Below are positions 8,276 to 17,938 of a stretch of 64,000 nt of DNA, piece after piece. Position numbers and translations under genes: made by a program. The first letter of the stretch is position 1; each line of letters starts with the position of its first letter. The notes under the pieces were generated by a model. The model searched no databases and was not told the origin of the DNA. It worked only from the letters and a program-made list of their open reading frames with translations. The DNA is from a virus, in IMG/VR virus record IMGVR_UViG_3300028608_000007, positions 32,001-96,000 of that record; one strand, 5' to 3'.

Positions 8276-9142
8276 TTAACCGTTGTTGGCACTCACGTAG
8301 TTGGAGTCAGACAGCAGAGGCTCGGTAGCACCCAGTTCGATGTCCTGAGTGAAGCCTTTGTTGGTGAACGCCACGGAGTGGTGAGTGGTAATGAAGCTGG
8401 CGATCTGGGCGCAGATCACTTCCTTCATGTTGAAGGTGGTGTTACCCGGACCTTGTACCTGTGCGTTTCTATCTACACCAGATACCATACCGATTTCAGA
8501 AATTACGGCGTAGGCTTCATTGTCGTAGAGGATACGGCAGGCGTTGATCAGTTCCAGCACGTCTTCGGCAGTAAACACGAGGGTGAGGATCTGGGAGGTC
8601 GACAGGTAGTCGCCGGAGGTGGTGATCACACCGGTGTTCGACATGGCTGGCGGCTGAGGGTTCAGGTTAGCCAGAGTCGGTACGTAGTCTTCGGTTTCTT
8701 TCTGCGAACCGTTGACGATGGTGTGGGTAATCGCTGGCGCAGTGTTGGCCATCGAGATACGCTTGAGGTAGTACGCGAAGTAGTTCACGCCACCGATGTT
8801 GACCAACTTACGCAGACCGTAACGCTGACGGGCTACTGGGTCGAGGTCGTTGTCTACACGACGCAGGACGAACGGCAACTGACGATACAGCGCAGCGTCC
8901 CAAGCACGGTGAGGGATAGGACTGGTGTATTGAGCACCGTCGGCACCTACCATGTTCTTGTGACCACCGTTACCAATGCAGTAGTACTGCATCGCAGGGC
9001 GCTCAGCATCACCGAGCTTTTCATCAACGAGAATACCGTGCTTCTCGTTCAGGGTGCTGTGTTCCAGAATAGTTGGTTTCTGGCCCAGCAGCAAAGAGGT
9101 TTGCAGCGATGAACCCCAGATGCTCCGGGTGATAGTCTTCAT
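8276..9142 (-). CDS. Conserved phiKZ-like virion structural protein
   Basis: Start MKTITRSIWG at 9142; late-region synteny; strong phage codon bias. Confidence 0.6.
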   Translation of the reverse strand: MKTITRSIWGSSLQTSLLLGQKPTILEHSTLNEKHGILVDEKLGDAERPAMQYYCIGNGGHKNMVGADGAQYTSPIPHRAWDAALYRQLPFVLRRVDNDLDPVARQRYGLRKLVNIGGVNYFAYYLKRISMANTAPAITHTIVNGSQKETEDYVPTLANLNPQPPAMSNTGVITTSGDYLSTSQILTLVFTAEDVLELINACRILYDNEAYAVISEIGMVSGVDRNAQVQGPGNTTFNMKEVICAQIASFITTHHSVAFTNKGFTQDIELGATEPLLSDSNYVSANNG

Positions 9143-9202
9143 AGATGTGTTCCTGTGGATAGTTGCTAGGCCAAGTGTACGTAAGCCAATACACATTATA
9201 CG

Positions 9203-9230
9203 CGGCATAGAGGGAGGCCTAAGCCTCCCC
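9203..9230 (-). terminator. Hairpin terminator + CTATGCCG tail
   Basis: gggaggc-ctaa-gcctccc with cggcatag on the + strand. Confidence 0.7.
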
Positions 9231-9236
9231 TACACT

Positions 9237-9809
9237 TTAGGCATCCATCAGGGTGACGTTACCAACGTTGCGAGTCGCAGCGAGGTAGTCCAGTTGACCA
9301 CCATTCGGGTCTACAATCTTGATGAAGATACTGCCGCCATTGGAACTCTTCGGCAGGAACCGAGGAGAGTTGTTAGCGATCTTCAACTCCAGCACACCCG
9401 CTACAGTCATCGCCTCGTTGAAGGCAGTAGCGTCAGTCACAGCAGTGCCGGTGGTTGGGTGCAGAACGTCTTGAGCTTCAATCGCCAAACCGTACTGGTT
9501 CTTCATATACGTCGCCATGGTGGCAAACGTGAAGGGGTACGCTGTGGTGAATGGGAACTCCACGTAACCTGCCAACAGAGTGGTAACGTTTGCACGCTTC
9601 CACGTCACAGGCACGGTGCCTTTATAACGACCCGGTACGCCAGAGGTGGCTGTCACTCGAGCTGTCATTGTACAGGTCACTGACTGTCCGTTACCGGTGT
9701 AAGCCAAGTCCAGATGAGCAACGTCCAAGTAGTGGTCGTTGTAATCCTGGAACAGTTTCACCAGCACGTCACTGCCAGTGCTCTTCAAAACTTCACTGAG
9801 TTCTAACAC
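9237..9809 (-). CDS. Putative virion (tail/baseplate-associated) protein
   Basis: GTG start with TAAGGAG SD; beta-rich composition; structural gene cluster. Confidence 0.55.
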   Translation of the reverse strand: MLELSEVLKSTGSDVLVKLFQDYNDHYLDVAHLDLAYTGNGQSVTCTMTARVTATSGVPGRYKGTVPVTWKRANVTTLLAGYVEFPFTTAYPFTFATMATYMKNQYGLAIEAQDVLHPTTGTAVTDATAFNEAMTVAGVLELKIANNSPRFLPKSSNGGSIFIKIVDPNGGQLDYLAATRNVGNVTLMDA

Positions 9810-9820
9810 CGCAGTGCTCC

Positions 9821-11083
9821 TTAAGTCAGTTTGCTCAGGTTGTAGTGAATCATCAGACTACCCCTGAGGTTAGTGCAATATTGATCGTTGAGTTCAATCA
9901 CGGCGATGTAACCCATGAACACGTTGTACGCTTGATCGTACTTACGGTTGAACCCGTTGAAGATTACCTTGGCCCCAAAGAGGTTGTTCTTCGACGCACG
10001 GTTCACACACTTCCAGCGGTTCTCCCCAGTTGCAGCCTCGTTATTAAGGATGAAGTTGAGGAAGTCCACATCAGTGTTGTTGATCGTGAATTCGTAGTCA
10101 GTTGGGAATGCAGTAATCTGCGCTGGGTAATTGTGACCGTGGTACTGACCACCGTTAAGCAGCTCTGGAGGCGACTTGAACGTGATTGGGAACTCAGGCA
10201 GGATCTCACCCAGACGTGAGCTGTAGTAGACCACAAGGTCCCCACCAACGTCTGTACAGTAGTGAGACGACAGCTCGATCACCAACGCTTTGGTTGCTGC
10301 GCTGTTGTATGGAACCAGTCCGTAGTTCTCAACCCGACCGTTGAATTTCACCGTAGCACCGAACAGGTTACGAGGTCCTGGGGTGTTCTGGTATTTCCAC
10401 GTAGTTTGTGTACCGATTGGAAGATCACCGTAGATCACATCCAAGTACTTCGCCAAGGTAACTGCGTCAGTCACAGGTCCTTTACGAATGTCCGTCAGGT
10501 AGATCCCATAGAACAGACCGTCAGTGAACGGTTTACGATGGGTAACGAATGGACGCCCTTGGTTTTCTACTACGTCGATACCGCCGAGGTCGCTTACCTT
10601 CGCCAGTGCTTCCAGGGAATCACGAGGCAGGAGGTTAACTGTCAGCTCACCAATCCAACGTTTAGAGCGAGGTGTTGCCCGGAGGACGTAACCGTGAGCG
10701 TTGGATACTGTAATGATTTCCTCGTAGAAGTCATCACTGTCAAACACGTAGCCATACTCAGCGGTCAGGATGTCCACGAGTTGGGCGGTAGTGGTTGGTA
10801 AGTCCAACGTCAGGTTGATCTTTACACCCTCAAAGAAAGTGCCTAAGTCCAACCGGTTGTAGGTGAAGATTGACTCGCCGGAGAAAGGTACGGGAGCAAA
10901 GGGATCAAAGCTCTTGCGTACTTTCAGCGTCACCTGAGTCTGTCGTCCAGTCAGCGCCGTTACGTCAGCGATCTGGATGATGTCTTCTCGCAAGGTCACA
11001 TTGTTACGTGCCCCTGCAATCTCAAGCAAAGCTGCCGTCGGAGTCAGTTGAAGAAGACCGATCGTGTCTAGCACTGTCCTCAC
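9821..11083 (-). CDS. Putative virion (tail/baseplate-associated) protein
   Basis: Internally duplicated block (NLFGATVKFNG...VIELSSHYCTDVGG / NLFGAKVIFNG...VIELNDQYCTNLRG); true start may be GTG 11074. Confidence 0.6.
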   Translation of the reverse strand: MRTVLDTIGLLQLTPTAALLEIAGARNNVTLREDIIQIADVTALTGRQTQVTLKVRKSFDPFAPVPFSGESIFTYNRLDLGTFFEGVKINLTLDLPTTTAQLVDILTAEYGYVFDSDDFYEEIITVSNAHGYVLRATPRSKRWIGELTVNLLPRDSLEALAKVSDLGGIDVVENQGRPFVTHRKPFTDGLFYGIYLTDIRKGPVTDAVTLAKYLDVIYGDLPIGTQTTWKYQNTPGPRNLFGATVKFNGRVENYGLVPYNSAATKALVIELSSHYCTDVGGDLVVYYSSRLGEILPEFPITFKSPPELLNGGQYHGHNYPAQITAFPTDYEFTINNTDVDFLNFILNNEAATGENRWKCVNRASKNNLFGAKVIFNGFNRKYDQAYNVFMGYIAVIELNDQYCTNLRGSLMIHYNLSKLT

Positions 11084-11149
11084 TCCTTACAAGCAAAAAA
11101 GAAAAGGGCTTGCACACCCCCGAAAGAATGTGCAAGCACCTCGTTAAGG

Positions 11150-14014
11150 TCACTCAGGTGGGTTCAACGTCAGTCCATCAAGTCGGACAAAGGGACGTGG
11201 AGTCAAGACCAAACCAGGCAGACGGGTAATTACTACCATGTCAGCCAGTTCGTTCGAATACTCAAAGCCTTCCATCTCGCCTGACAGTGCCAGATCAGGT
11301 AAAGGTTCACCGTACTCCAGACCTTCCATCAGAGGTTCCAACGACACTGCCGTTTCTTCAAACGGTGTGTAATCGAAACCTTCAACAGTCAGCGGTTGAA
11401 GTGGTTTCGCCTCGCCATACTCGAACCCTTCCATAACAGGATTAAGGTTCAGAGGCTTTCGTCCGGCTGGATAATCAAACCCAGGCATTTCATCGACCAG
11501 TTGCAGGTCTTCTGGTTGTGGACCGTAATCCAGACCCGTCAGATCCGTCTCCAGTTCTTCAACCACCAGCGGTGCTGGGTAATCGAAGCCAGTCTGGTCT
11601 TTGGTCAGAGCTAACTGCTCACCCAGATCCTCGTAATGGAAACCGTCCAACTCTGGGCGGAAATCAATTGGAGGAGGCGCTGCCGGATAGTCGAAACCAT
11701 CCAGATGTTGCAGCTCGATCTTCACTTCGCGGAACGGCGAGTAGTCAAACCCATTGAGCGTCAGAGAGACGATCGGAGGTACACTGTTTGGACTGTAATC
11801 GAAACCATCCAAGTTGACTTTGGTCAACACAGTGTCGATGTGTTTGTATTCGCCGATGTTGTGCGGTGGAGTCTCTGGGTACAGGTATTCTGGTACCGGC
11901 GTCTTGTTGATGACGTCGTCCAGATCCAGCACTTTGATCTCAGGGACCGACAGGTAAACCGTTGGGATAACGTACCGAGTGTGGTAACTGGTGTAGGCAT
12001 CGGCACCGAAGTTCACCGTCGGATCATAACCACCCGAGGAGCGTTCTTCTGCACTGGTAGTCATCTCGAACGTAATGGAATCCAAGTCCGTGATGTCTGT
12101 GTGTTTGCCTGTACCATTCATCCCTTGTACGTAGACGTTGGCACTGTGGACTTTCATTCCACCAGCACCATCACCTGCGGTATCGCCCACACGAATGGCT
12201 GACCAGTTGAGCGCAATCATGTTGGTGCCGCGCAGCTCTTTCAAGAACTGAACGGTGTAACTACTCAGTTGGCCCAACAGACGAATCATGGCGTTCTGGA
12301 GTTCTTCCAGGGAAACCGTGACGTGCAAGCTGGTGCCTGTGCAAAGCGCTAACAGGTTGTTGTACAGCATTTCGAACTCAGGTTGCCCAAAGTTCGTTAC
12401 ATCCAGTTGGTGATCCTTCAACCATTGGTCGTAGGTCACCTTGTCAGCTAAGTTGCACTCCTTGATCATGTACAGGTGGTTTGCTGCTGCTTCTGCTTGG
12501 CCACGCGAGACATGGTGCTCTTGCGTGGTATACAACCAGTTATGCTCTCGCCAAGCAGCGTGGATCTCCACACACTTGTTATAGAAAGCATCAACAGACA
12601 TCACCTTGTCAATGACAGGCTGATCGCGAAGCATCGCGTTGAGCAACGCATCAGAGACGTATTGCTGCTCGGTGATCTTGCGCAAGTCTGCAAAAGTAGG
12701 CAACACCCGACGACGAACAAAGAATGCATCAATGTTCGGAACGTACGGCATCTCCTGTCCCAACGCCCGGTTGAGGGAATAAAGGAACAGAATAAATGCA
12801 TCCTTGGCATTCATCCACACCTGATCACCAGTCAACGGGTTGTCGAAGGAGATAATGGTGGTGTAGAGCCCTTCCGTGGAGAAGTATAACCAGTGGTTCA
12901 ACAATACATCAGAGAACGTGACAGCGTAGTCGTTACTACGGTCAACCACTGAAGACTCGAGGACCTTAGTCTTGAGGCGGTTCTTTGGACTGTTCTTCAT
13001 CAAGTCCGTGACATTGCGAACTTCACGATCCGTCTCGTTGTAGTTACCTGGGGCAATCCCAGACTCACGTTCAACGATTCCTTGGACAGTCCACGTATCT
13101 ACCGGGTTACCGCTCGACAGGCGAGACAGCTCTTTTCGCTTGACCTCTACAGTGGGGTACAAGTTGTCCGGTTGATCACTTACGTTATGATGTAGGTTGT
13201 ATTCCGATACCGGAAGCATCCTTAACGTCATCACCTTCTCGACCAACCAGTCGAACGTGTCCTGCTTACCAGCGTTGCGCTGGATGTACAGAATGTTCCG
13301 GTAGAAGAAGAGCATCTGCTCTTTGGTCATGTGGGTGATGTACTGATCGAGTCGTCCGTGCGACGCTAAGTACTCTCGGATATGGAAGCTGTGTACCTGC
13401 TCCGTCCGACAGTTCTCAAGGCGTGCGTTCTCGATAATCAGTGGGAGTTCCAAATACAGCAACGCTAAGAAGGCGGCCGGGTAAAGGTCGTCAACAATGG
13501 CGTACTCTGGAATGTCCCATCGAGTATAACGGGCATCAATCTTTTCTTGGATCTGGTCAACCAGACCAGTTTCATTCTCCTCTATTAAGGAGCGGTCAAT
13601 CCAGAGGATCTTCCCATCCGGTGCATCAATGGCCGTTTGAAGGTCGACTGGATTGAGGATACCTAAGATCAAGTCCTCTTGGTCTGGGTATCGCTTCACC
13701 AAATCGTTGTAATAGCGAGTCCCGTAAGCGTATGCTCTCAGGGTATCGCGGTGGATCGCAAGCGTCTCGATGTCGAAGGAAATCTCTTGACGAGTCTCCA
13801 ATGACACCACAGTCATCTTAGTGTCGGTTGAGTGATAACGCCCAGCTAAATTCAGATAGTATTTCCATGTGGTAGGATCGTCTACGTTGACGTATACCTT
13901 CTTCTCGGACAGACCTGTATTTATAGCGTTAGCACTCGCTTCACTCTTGATGACAATCGTTTTCGCCATCGTGAGGATGGAGTCCACGTAGAGTCTGTAG
14001 TAAGCGTTGGACAC
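11150..14014 (-). CDS. Large conserved phiKZ-like virion protein with C-terminal repeat array
   Basis: GTG start MSNAYYRLY after GGAGGA SD; divergent from portal; conserved YYLNLAGRYH and YLASHGRLD blocks. Confidence 0.7.
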   Translation of the reverse strand: MSNAYYRLYVDSILTMAKTIVIKSEASANAINTGLSEKKVYVNVDDPTTWKYYLNLAGRYHSTDTKMTVVSLETRQEISFDIETLAIHRDTLRAYAYGTRYYNDLVKRYPDQEDLILGILNPVDLQTAIDAPDGKILWIDRSLIEENETGLVDQIQEKIDARYTRWDIPEYAIVDDLYPAAFLALLYLELPLIIENARLENCRTEQVHSFHIREYLASHGRLDQYITHMTKEQMLFFYRNILYIQRNAGKQDTFDWLVEKVMTLRMLPVSEYNLHHNVSDQPDNLYPTVEVKRKELSRLSSGNPVDTWTVQGIVERESGIAPGNYNETDREVRNVTDLMKNSPKNRLKTKVLESSVVDRSNDYAVTFSDVLLNHWLYFSTEGLYTTIISFDNPLTGDQVWMNAKDAFILFLYSLNRALGQEMPYVPNIDAFFVRRRVLPTFADLRKITEQQYVSDALLNAMLRDQPVIDKVMSVDAFYNKCVEIHAAWREHNWLYTTQEHHVSRGQAEAAANHLYMIKECNLADKVTYDQWLKDHQLDVTNFGQPEFEMLYNNLLALCTGTSLHVTVSLEELQNAMIRLLGQLSSYTVQFLKELRGTNMIALNWSAIRVGDTAGDGAGGMKVHSANVYVQGMNGTGKHTDITDLDSITFEMTTSAEERSSGGYDPTVNFGADAYTSYHTRYVIPTVYLSVPEIKVLDLDDVINKTPVPEYLYPETPPHNIGEYKHIDTVLTKVNLDGFDYSPNSVPPIVSLTLNGFDYSPFREVKIELQHLDGFDYPAAPPPIDFRPELDGFHYEDLGEQLALTKDQTGFDYPAPLVVEELETDLTGLDYGPQPEDLQLVDEMPGFDYPAGRKPLNLNPVMEGFEYGEAKPLQPLTVEGFDYTPFEETAVSLEPLMEGLEYGEPLPDLALSGEMEGFEYSNELADMVVITRLPGLVLTPRPFVRLDGLTLNPPE
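11160..11830 (-). repeat. Protein-level tandem repeat x-G[FL][DEH]Y, 11 copies, period mostly 18 aa
   Basis: LDGFDY, LNGFDY, LDGFDY, LDGFHY, QTGFDY, LTGLDY, MPGFDY, MEGFEY, VEGFDY, MEGLEY, MEGFEY read directly from the translation. Confidence 0.9.
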
Positions 14015-14063
14015 GTCACGGTCCTCCAATCAACTTTCTTAAATTGTCACTGGGAGCGGTAAT

Positions 14064-16949
14064 ATGGGCCCTAACTATGACGCCAACCAGATGCAGATGC
14101 TGGGGCTGGACAGTCAGAAACGGCGTTTCGAAAAACTCGGGCTGTTCAAGAAACGTCCGCTGGCGACCGCTGTCGTAAGTAAGCTGGTCCGGGCCGGTAC
14201 CGATGTACTGGACATCAACACTGGCCAGAACAACCGTGGTGGTGCAGACATGCCCACCTCGGGCTACCTGAACAAAGTCTCGGACACTACCGCGTCTAAC
14301 GTTACTGACGCAGCCAACCTCTACCAGATGCTGCCAGATACCGAACTGGCAGAACAGATTCTGGTCAGTAGTATCCTGTCCCCAAAGGACATGGTAACCA
14401 CAGAACTCAATTACCTCTGTAATGAGACCTCCTTGAAGGGAGACATCACAGGGGTTCTCTTGGCCGTGGTCGAGGAGTTTTTCACCAAAGTCTATAAAAT
14501 AGATCCCCAACTGAAGACGATTCTTTCGGACGTTCTGTTCAAGAAAGGCTCGTACCCAGTTCTGATCATTCCTGAGTCGTCTGTCGATGAAATCATCAAC
14601 GGCGACAAGGCAGGAGTCGGTCTGGAATCCCTGAGTGGGAAGAGTTCGGATCTGTTCAACTATAGCATCGGCATCCTGGGTGACTCGACGATGGAAGACG
14701 GGAAGAAGATCCCGCGCAGCCGTCAACGGGGTATTGGTTTGGAGGATATGAACCAGTACTACACTCAGAACTTCCGCATGCTTCGGCCACGTTTGAAGAA
14801 GGGTAACTTCGACACTCGCATCACTGTGTCGGATAACCCAGACGTTCTGAAAGCGCCATTTGCCCATGAACTGCAACGTCGTCAACATCTGGCGACTACG
14901 TTCCGCAGCCGTGGCTTTGGTATGGAGTCGCAGAACGAAGTCTCTCGTGACGATATCCAGATGTCGTTCTATCGTCCGCGGACCAACCCAATGCGTCCTG
15001 TGGTTGCGATGAAGACCAAGGATCAGATCAAGCGTGCTACCGTGGGACACCCCTTGGTCATGCGTCTGCCGTCCGAGTCGATCATTCCGGTTCACGTTCC
15101 TGGTTCGCCAGAAGAACACATCGGTTACTTCGTGCTCCTCGACCAGACTGGTAACCCAGTTGTGAAGGCCAACCGTTCAGAGTACTACAACGACCTGAAC
15201 ATGAACATGACGATTAACAAGGACATGGCGTCCCAGTTGATCTCTCAAGGCCAACGCACGGTAGAAGGTTACCAACAACGTTCTGACGTGGACACCGAAG
15301 AAGCTACTCGGATCTACGCCCAGCTCGTGGAAGAAGACCTGATTGCTCGTCTGCGCAACGGTATCTACGCTGACAACATCGAGATCTCTCGTCCGTTGGA
15401 AGTGTACCGGATCATGCTGGCGCGTACCTTTGCCAACATGTCCACTCAGTTGCTGTTCGTACCGGCTGAGCTGGTGACTTACTTCGCCTTCGACTACAAC
15501 CGTTGGGGTGTGGGTAAGTCGCTGCTGGAAGACAACAAGATCCTGGCCTCCCTGCGAGTCATGATGATGTTGTCCAACACCATGGCTGCCGTGAAGAACT
15601 CTGTTCCGCACACTGGTCTGAACATTACCCTGGACCCGACTGACCCCGATCCGTCTGGTACCGTGGAGAAACTGGTTCACAACTACACGCAGACTCGTCA
15701 AGCTTCTTACCCTCTGGGTGCGTCGAGTCCTGTGGACATCGTGAACTTCCTCCAGAACGCAGGTGTTGACCTTCATGTAACTGGTTCCCCGGCTTACCCG
15801 GAAACCCGCATGGAAGTTGAAGACCGTCAACGTTCGGTAGCCAAGCCAGACACGGATCTGGAAGACAACCTCAAGAAGCAATTCTTGATGTCGCTGGGTC
15901 TGTCGCCTGAAACGGTGGACAACGGTTACAACGTAGAGTTCGCAGCCAGCATCGTGACCTCCAACCTGTTGCTGACCAAACGAGTGATGCTCTACCAAGA
16001 TCTCTTTACTGAGTTGTTGGGTGAGTTCATTCGCAAGTACGTGTTCAACTCCGGGAACCTGCTCGACAAACTGCGCAAAGCTATTGAAGCCAACCGCAAG
16101 TTGATCGAGGTTGCCGATGGTGAGGAAGCACCAGACACTGAAACGATTCTCCACGAATTCGTGAACGCGATCGCTGTGTCGTTGCCTCGTCCTGACAGCA
16201 TCACTATCGAACGCCAGATGGAAGCCTACGACAAATACGTCGAAGCACTCGAGAAGTGTCTCGAGGCGTACTTCTCCAGCGACTTCCTGGATGGTACTGC
16301 TATGGGTGACCAGCAGGAATCGGTAGACGTTGTGAAAGCAGCTATCCTTGCACACTTCAAGCGTAAGTGGATGCGTGAGAACAACATGATGCCTGAGTTG
16401 GCTGAACTTGCCACGTTCACCGAAGAAGACCACCCGATGATTGACTTGCTCACTGAGCACACTCAACACATCGACGCTATTGGCGCCAGTATCCAAGGGT
16501 ACATGGTAAAAGTAGCAGAAGCCCAAGAAGAGCGTAACAAACTCACCGAAGCAGTAGAAGCCGACAAACACATTGAAGTAGGTGGCGGTGGTGGTGATTA
16601 CGGCTCCTCCGATGACGACTCCAGTGGAGACGACGACGGAATGGGTGATGATGGGATGGGTGACGACGAGTTCGGTGGGGGCGATGAGTTCGACATGGAC
16701 TCTGACACTGGAGGCGATGACTCTGGTGATGATTCCACTGACTCCGACGATGAAAGTCTCGAAGTAGATGACGCAGATGCAGCCGATGCTGCTGACTCCG
16801 GTGGAGACGGCGGTAACGACAATGGTGGGGATACCGATGAGGATATCGGTGAAGAGGGTTCGCCTGACGCTGGTGGTAGCACCGGTTCGCTGAGCGAGTT
16901 CTTGGAATCTACCAAGCAGAAACGTCGCGACAACGAAAACCCGGCATAA
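14064..16949 (+). CDS. Portal protein (phiKZ gp129-like) with acidic C-terminal tail
   Basis: 961 aa; conserved LPSESIIPVHVPG.P..HIGYFVLLD.TGNP block; G-x-E processing sites; synteny with MCP block. Confidence 0.75.
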   Translation: MGPNYDANQMQMLGLDSQKRRFEKLGLFKKRPLATAVVSKLVRAGTDVLDINTGQNNRGGADMPTSGYLNKVSDTTASNVTDAANLYQMLPDTELAEQILVSSILSPKDMVTTELNYLCNETSLKGDITGVLLAVVEEFFTKVYKIDPQLKTILSDVLFKKGSYPVLIIPESSVDEIINGDKAGVGLESLSGKSSDLFNYSIGILGDSTMEDGKKIPRSRQRGIGLEDMNQYYTQNFRMLRPRLKKGNFDTRITVSDNPDVLKAPFAHELQRRQHLATTFRSRGFGMESQNEVSRDDIQMSFYRPRTNPMRPVVAMKTKDQIKRATVGHPLVMRLPSESIIPVHVPGSPEEHIGYFVLLDQTGNPVVKANRSEYYNDLNMNMTINKDMASQLISQGQRTVEGYQQRSDVDTEEATRIYAQLVEEDLIARLRNGIYADNIEISRPLEVYRIMLARTFANMSTQLLFVPAELVTYFAFDYNRWGVGKSLLEDNKILASLRVMMMLSNTMAAVKNSVPHTGLNITLDPTDPDPSGTVEKLVHNYTQTRQASYPLGASSPVDIVNFLQNAGVDLHVTGSPAYPETRMEVEDRQRSVAKPDTDLEDNLKKQFLMSLGLSPETVDNGYNVEFAASIVTSNLLLTKRVMLYQDLFTELLGEFIRKYVFNSGNLLDKLRKAIEANRKLIEVADGEEAPDTETILHEFVNAIAVSLPRPDSITIERQMEAYDKYVEALEKCLEAYFSSDFLDGTAMGDQQESVDVVKAAILAHFKRKWMRENNMMPELAELATFTEEDHPMIDLLTEHTQHIDAIGASIQGYMVKVAEAQEERNKLTEAVEADKHIEVGGGGGDYGSSDDDSSGDDDGMGDDGMGDDEFGGGDEFDMDSDTGGDDSGDDSTDSDDESLEVDDADAADAADSGGDGGNDNGGDTDEDIGEEGSPDAGGSTGSLSEFLESTKQKRRDNENPA

Positions 16950-16958
16950 AAGCCAAAA

Positions 16959-16993
16959 AAAAGAGCCCTGGGAAACCGGGGCTCTTTATGCCG
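16959..16993. terminator. Bidirectional terminator + TTTATGCCG
   Basis: aaagagccctgg-gaaa-ccggggctcttt-atgccg; A-run upstream serves as U-tract for the minus strand. Confidence 0.85.
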
Positions 16994-17422
16994 TCAAACA
17001 GACGACAACATGTTCTTGCGGTTGTCGTCGAGTATTCGCTGACGAGCCAGAGGAGCCACACCCTTGAATACCATAGCTACATCACCATTCGCACAATGAT
17101 CGACGTCGGAGTGCGGTGTGCCAAATGCAAGCTCCAACAACTCAACACACTGATTGATTTCGTGATCGTAAGCTGCCTTCTGGAAGTAGAAGCTTCCACC
17201 AGGTAGGGAGAACAGAACATGGAGGTCATCGGAGTGATGAACGTCATCGTTGATGAACACTACCGTACAGGCCGCCGCAAAACCCAACACGTTCGTCCAG
17301 CGAGCAGATCCACCAAACTGTTTACCCCGACAAAACGGGATGTACTGGAGGACTTCCTCACCGAAAGCTGAGGTGATGTCTACCGTGGGTTCAGGAGTGA
17401 AGTGCATAACGGTTACAGGCAT
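16994..17422 (-). CDS. Hypothetical protein
   Basis: Start MPVTVMHF at 17422 with GGAGGAG SD. Confidence 0.65.
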   Translation of the reverse strand: MPVTVMHFTPEPTVDITSAFGEEVLQYIPFCRGKQFGGSARWTNVLGFAAACTVVFINDDVHHSDDLHVLFSLPGGSFYFQKAAYDHEINQCVELLELAFGTPHSDVDHCANGDVAMVFKGVAPLARQRILDDNRKNMLSSV

Positions 17423-17435
17423 GGCTCCTCCCCCG

Positions 17436-17876
17436 TTAGTGAACGATACGCAGATCAGTGCGACGACTGTGTTCCGCCTGAGCATTACGAACAGCGTCGC
17501 CGCCACCGTCGAACCGCAGGACACAGTTGTCTTTGATCATGTAGCCGTCGATCACATCCACGCTGATGGTGTTACGTACAGCCCTGGCGGTTTCGGCAAC
17601 AACCGGATTACCCGGCTCACCCACCCCGTACAGCACCATGTAGACATCTTTGGAGTGGAAGTGCTGGTCATTTAGGGTGACGATATAGCCGAACTGTTCC
17701 TCGGCTTGTTTCTCACCAGTACTGATGCGCTGGATTTCGAAGTTACCGTGGATGACATCACCACGAAGGTTGAGTCCATCCAATACATCAATGTGGGTAA
17801 CCAGGTCGTTGAGATCTTTCTCGTGGTCCCAGTTTTCCCAGGGAGTACTCTTGAACATCAGGATAGTCAAAGACAT
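17436..17876 (-). CDS. Hypothetical protein
   Basis: Start MSLTILMF at 17876; fills gap in minus-strand operon. Confidence 0.65.
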   Translation of the reverse strand: MSLTILMFKSTPWENWDHEKDLNDLVTHIDVLDGLNLRGDVIHGNFEIQRISTGEKQAEEQFGYIVTLNDQHFHSKDVYMVLYGVGEPGNPVVAETARAVRNTISVDVIDGYMIKDNCVLRFDGGGDAVRNAQAEHSRRTDLRIVH

Positions 17877-17903
17877 ATCGAACCTTCTTAGGCTTTTAGT
17901 TGA

Positions 17904-17932
17904 GGGCATAGTGGGGACCCGAAGGTCCCCAC
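17904..17932 (-). terminator. Hairpin terminator + CTATGCCC tail
   Basis: gtggggacc-cgaa-ggtccccac. Confidence 0.75.
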
Positions 17933-17938
17933 CGTTGC

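Noticed and set aside
16600-16760. Short DNA repeats (gatgacga/gggtgatga) suggesting an array
   Set aside because: They encode the Asp/Gly tail of the portal; no constant repeat with unique spacers, so not CRISPR.
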